Assembly: GCA_963777505.1 (NCBI GenBank)
Contig: CAVZQN010000004.1
Coordinates: forward strand, 32,001 to 96,000
Direction: 5' to 3'
Length of the DNA stretch: 64,000 nt
Origin: an uncultured bacterium
GTDB taxonomy: Bacteria; Acidobacteriota; HRBIN11; JAKEFK01
The translations under genes were made by a program, and so were the position numbers. The notes beneath the pieces were generated by a model. It did not search any database. It was not told where the DNA came from and saw only the letters and a program-made list of their open reading frames with translations. Below, one piece after another: positions 61,073 to 64,000 of this stretch (positions are counted from its first letter, which is position 1; every line of letters begins with the position of its first letter).

Positions 61073-61099
61073 ATCCTAATTCCTGCGCCTTTTTTGATT
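61073..61099 (+). repeat. 3' half of the 16S terminator repeat (copy 3)
   Basis: ATCCTAATTCCTGCGCCTTTTTTGATT versus ATCCTAATTCCTG-GCCTTTTTTGATT in copy 1. Confidence 0.7.
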
Positions 61100-61347
61100 T
61101 TTGTCCAACCACAAAGCCGCAGAGTTAGGGCTTCCTTTCCTCACATCTTTGTCAATTTAGGACCTTACGAAAAGCGCAAGATTTTGATTGCGCGCATTTC
61201 TGTGCACCGTTAGATTCTAGATTGGACCTATCTGAATGAAGAACGTACAGAACTAATGGGTTCGCCGATAGCTGGACTTGGTCTAATCATGACCTTAGAA
61301 TGAACCTCAGATGGTTGTGCAAAAGTTAAGCAAGTCAGAGTTTTGAA

Positions 61348-62232
61348 TTGAAATCCATTAAAGAAAGATTGCTTGAAGAACCCATTTTGCTTTTAGATGG
61401 GGCAATGGGTACTGAGCTTTTTCGCCGGGGCGTGAATACGCGCTTGCCCTTCTGGTCTGCTCAGGCCTTAATTGAAAATCCACAAATGGTTCGTGAAATT
61501 CATGAGGACTATATTCGCGCCGGCGCGGAAATCATCACAACGAATACGTTTCGAACTACTTCTCGTGCACTCGGCAAGAAAGGACTAAGCGAACGCGCAA
61601 AAGAATTAACTCATCTTGCCGTTAGTCTTGCGAAACAAGCACGTGATCAATCTGCAGATAAACCCACTTGGATTGCGGGATCTGTTGCTCCATTAGAAGA
61701 TTGTTATGAGCCCAATCTAATTCCGGATCCGGAAACTGCATCTAAAGAACACACTGAGTTGATTACATGGCTTGTGGAAGCAGGTGTTGATTTGATTTTG
61801 ATCGAAACAATGAACACGATTCAGGAAGCAGTCAGTGCGGCACGTGCAGCGGAAATGAGTCGACTCCCGATTTTTGTTGGTTGGACCTGCACAACGGATG
61901 GAAGAATTTTGAGCAGTGAAAATATTCAAGATGGCATCCGTTCTGTGGAGCCATTTAATCCTTCGGCATTTTTTGTGAATTGTACTCCGGTGCGCCACGT
62001 CGGACCCGCTCTTCAAAAAATGTATGACGCAACAAAACTGCCAATCGGCGCCTATGCAAATATTGGCAAGCCCGAACCTGTCTCCGGATGGGAATTCACG
62101 CATGAGTCTGATCCTGCTGCCTACGCTAATGCAGCCAGCAACTGGGTCCGCATCGGAGCAAAAATCGTTGGTGGTTGTTGCGGCACAACCCCTGAACATA
62201 TTTCAACATTAAAAAAACAGTTGATTTTTTAA
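61348..62232 (+). CDS. Homocysteine S-methyltransferase family protein
   Basis: LDGAMGTEL, TTNTF, IETM, VNC, GGCCG. Confidence 0.92.
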   Translation: MKSIKERLLEEPILLLDGAMGTELFRRGVNTRLPFWSAQALIENPQMVREIHEDYIRAGAEIITTNTFRTTSRALGKKGLSERAKELTHLAVSLAKQARDQSADKPTWIAGSVAPLEDCYEPNLIPDPETASKEHTELITWLVEAGVDLILIETMNTIQEAVSAARAAEMSRLPIFVGWTCTTDGRILSSENIQDGIRSVEPFNPSAFFVNCTPVRHVGPALQKMYDATKLPIGAYANIGKPEPVSGWEFTHESDPAAYANAASNWVRIGAKIVGGCCGTTPEHISTLKKQLIF

Positions 62233-62233
62233 T

Positions 62234-63097
62234 ATGTGTTCTTCAGCAAAATTCAAATGCGCAGTTATTATTATTTTCTGTTTATGCTTTTGCTCTGAAC
62301 TTAGTGCCGAAAAATCAGAGCAGGCGCTTCCTTTTGAACCTTCGAGTACTGGTTGGTTACGTGTAAAACTGCCTGAACTGCCTGCGCCTGAAGTGAAGCC
62401 ATCCTGGCTGCCATATGATTTCAAAGCAGAAGAGGAAGCCTTTGAAATTTACATTCCTCGCGGATATGACCCTAAAAATTCGTATGGTGTTATGGCCTGG
62501 GTGAATTGGAGCGACGATCCTGAAACACCTCGTCACTTTGAACCACTTCTGAATGAATACAAGTTGATTTCCGTTGCAGCAGAGCGTGCGGGAAATGGAA
62601 GGGAGCCTGCCAGGCGAATTGGACTTTTAGTGAGTGCCATATTGCAGCTCTCAAAAACGCTCAATATCGACAAAACCCGGCTTATTATGAGCGGATATTC
62701 CGGAGGAGGTCGAACCTCCGCTATGGGATGTTTTGTCCACCCTGAATTTTGGCGTGGTGCCATTTCGTGGGTTGGCGGCAATTTTTACAAACAATATTCG
62801 ATTCCGATACCGGTTGGAGCCAGTTCTCCGGGAATTAATGATTGGATTCCAAATGCAGTGACTCCTCAGAATGTGAAAGATGCAAAGAAGAACGAAAAAT
62901 TCGTGTTAATTACAGGGTCAAAAGATAAGAACTTAAATGACTCAAGAGGAATTTACAGGGCTCTTAAACGGGAAGGCTTTCAAGCTTTACTGATTGAAGA
63001 ACCTGGTTTGGGTCACGATGTTGGCAGTGCGGATTCCATGCGCAAAGCGCTTGAATTCGTGTTTCCGGAAATCGACACGCAAAAGAAATCTCAATAA
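62234..63097 (+). CDS. Secreted alpha/beta-hydrolase (esterase-like)
   Basis: Signal-like N-terminus, nucleophile elbow GYSGGG, GLGHD. Confidence 0.75.
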   Translation: MCSSAKFKCAVIIIFCLCFCSELSAEKSEQALPFEPSSTGWLRVKLPELPAPEVKPSWLPYDFKAEEEAFEIYIPRGYDPKNSYGVMAWVNWSDDPETPRHFEPLLNEYKLISVAAERAGNGREPARRIGLLVSAILQLSKTLNIDKTRLIMSGYSGGGRTSAMGCFVHPEFWRGAISWVGGNFYKQYSIPIPVGASSPGINDWIPNAVTPQNVKDAKKNEKFVLITGSKDKNLNDSRGIYRALKREGFQALLIEEPGLGHDVGSADSMRKALEFVFPEIDTQKKSQ

Positions 63098-63696
63098 GTT
63101 TTCGAAGGGCAAAACATACACCAGGAATGCAATTCGTCGATGTCGACTTCGGAAATTACACGATAGCCAAAATGTTCATAAAGCGGTACATTGCGATTCA
63201 ATTCTGTGCTCAAACAAACACCGATTGAATTTGGATCTGCAATCGACATTCCTTTCACAGCGTTCAAGAGTGCTGCAGCATAACCTTTTCCTTGATACTC
63301 TGGAAGAACTCCGAGCATACCTAAAAAATGATGCGGTTTTTTGGGATCATTTTCGCTGCTTTTCTGTTCATAAGTTTCAAGACGAGCATATGCCTCGTCT
63401 CCGATGATGACCCTTAATTCCCTCAGTGGCTCCTCAGGTAAAGGCAAACTTTGTTGAACAGGATCATTCACAAGAGCAACGCTTACGAGCTTGCCGTCTG
63501 CGCGAATTCCTAGAACGGGCCAGTTTCGAAGGAAACGAATTTCAGTAAAAAAACCAACGAGGGCTTTTAAGTCTTTTTCGTATTCTTCGCCGCTTGTCCG
63601 CAACACAAATCGCATTACCGCATATTCGTGAAATGCGGACATCAGAACTGCAACAACTTCCGCTTTGTTTTCACGTGATAATCGCTGAACCGTCAT
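63091..63696 (-). CDS. GNAT family N-acetyltransferase
   Basis: LGVLPEYQGKGYA and NVPLYEHFGY. Confidence 0.9.
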   Translation of the reverse strand: MTVQRLSRENKAEVVAVLMSAFHEYAVMRFVLRTSGEEYEKDLKALVGFFTEIRFLRNWPVLGIRADGKLVSVALVNDPVQQSLPLPEEPLRELRVIIGDEAYARLETYEQKSSENDPKKPHHFLGMLGVLPEYQGKGYAAALLNAVKGMSIADPNSIGVCLSTELNRNVPLYEHFGYRVISEVDIDELHSWCMFCPSKTY

Positions 63697-64000
63697 TGTA
63701 GTTCCTCAAAATGGAAGTGTTCGTTCTGGATTCGGCAAGCGTTTCGGCACGTTGCATAAGATCTGGCGCTTCTAATCGAACGCAGGTTTCTGCGAATGCT
63801 TTAGTAGGCCCTGTCCATCGAAGATCATCAACAGAATTTTTGACTGGACCATCAAGGACGAGAGTTGCAAGATGTCTGAACAACAAAACATTTTCCCAAT
63901 TTGCTTTTAACGTAGATGAAAGACGTCCTGCATTTGCCACATCTACTTTCCAATTCACAACATCTTTTGGAATGTTTTCGAGATGTTTGAATTTTATTAA
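63671..64000 (-). CDS. C-terminal part of a probable stand-alone 5'-3' exonuclease (flap endonuclease), truncated by the window edge
   Basis: The frame is open to the edge: LIKFKHLENIPKD..W...LLFRHLATL...DDLRWTGP. Confidence 0.6.
   Translation of the reverse strand, partial: LIKFKHLENIPKDVVNWKVDVANAGRLSSTLKANWENVLLFRHLATLVLDGPVKNSVDDLRWTGPTKAFAETCVRLEAPDLMQRAETLAESRTNTSILRNYNDGSAIIT

Noticed and set aside
57777-61099. Reading the three repeats as integron attC sites or a CRISPR array
   Set aside because: No RYYYAAC/GTTRRRY ends, no intI, and kilobase spacing. Kept only as an unexplained direct repeat.
61100-61347. SAM-I riboswitch before the homocysteine methyltransferase
   Set aside because: The core ATC.AGAG...GCAACC...GTGC...GAT pattern is absent.

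Overview
A bacterial chromosome segment, roughly low-40s % GC by eye. The 16S sequence and gene content suggest an Acidobacteriota-like organism (inference, not a database match). 1-22 kb is mostly housekeeping: two tRNA-Ser genes, a large Alu-type SRP RNA, dnaX-ybaB-recR-mglB-mglA, NUDIX-mutY, maf, csp, selA, purL-purF-purN-tyrS. About 22-52 kb is a phosphate-stress cluster: glycolipid synthase, CHAD, PAP2, a PlcP/LpxH-like phosphoesterase, mgtE, pit plus DUF47, phoU-phoB-phoR, pstSCAB, two OprO/P porins, two SpoIIE phosphatases, ppx and sixA. Seven promoters in this cluster share one Pho-box-like geometry, and one of them appears to drive an unannotated ~75-nt RNA. 55.7-57.9 kb holds a 16S rRNA gene with no tRNA or 23S after it. 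Its trailer and terminator reappear twice downstream, bracketing accessory genes. Other signals: an A9 slippage site in dnaX, paired TAACC-N17-GGTTA palindromes at a CGNR/ABATE gene, several REP/MITE and 7-mer/9-mer repeat families, apparent leaderless genes, and four single-base insertions that are probably sequencing errors. No CRISPR array, integrase or transposase was seen.
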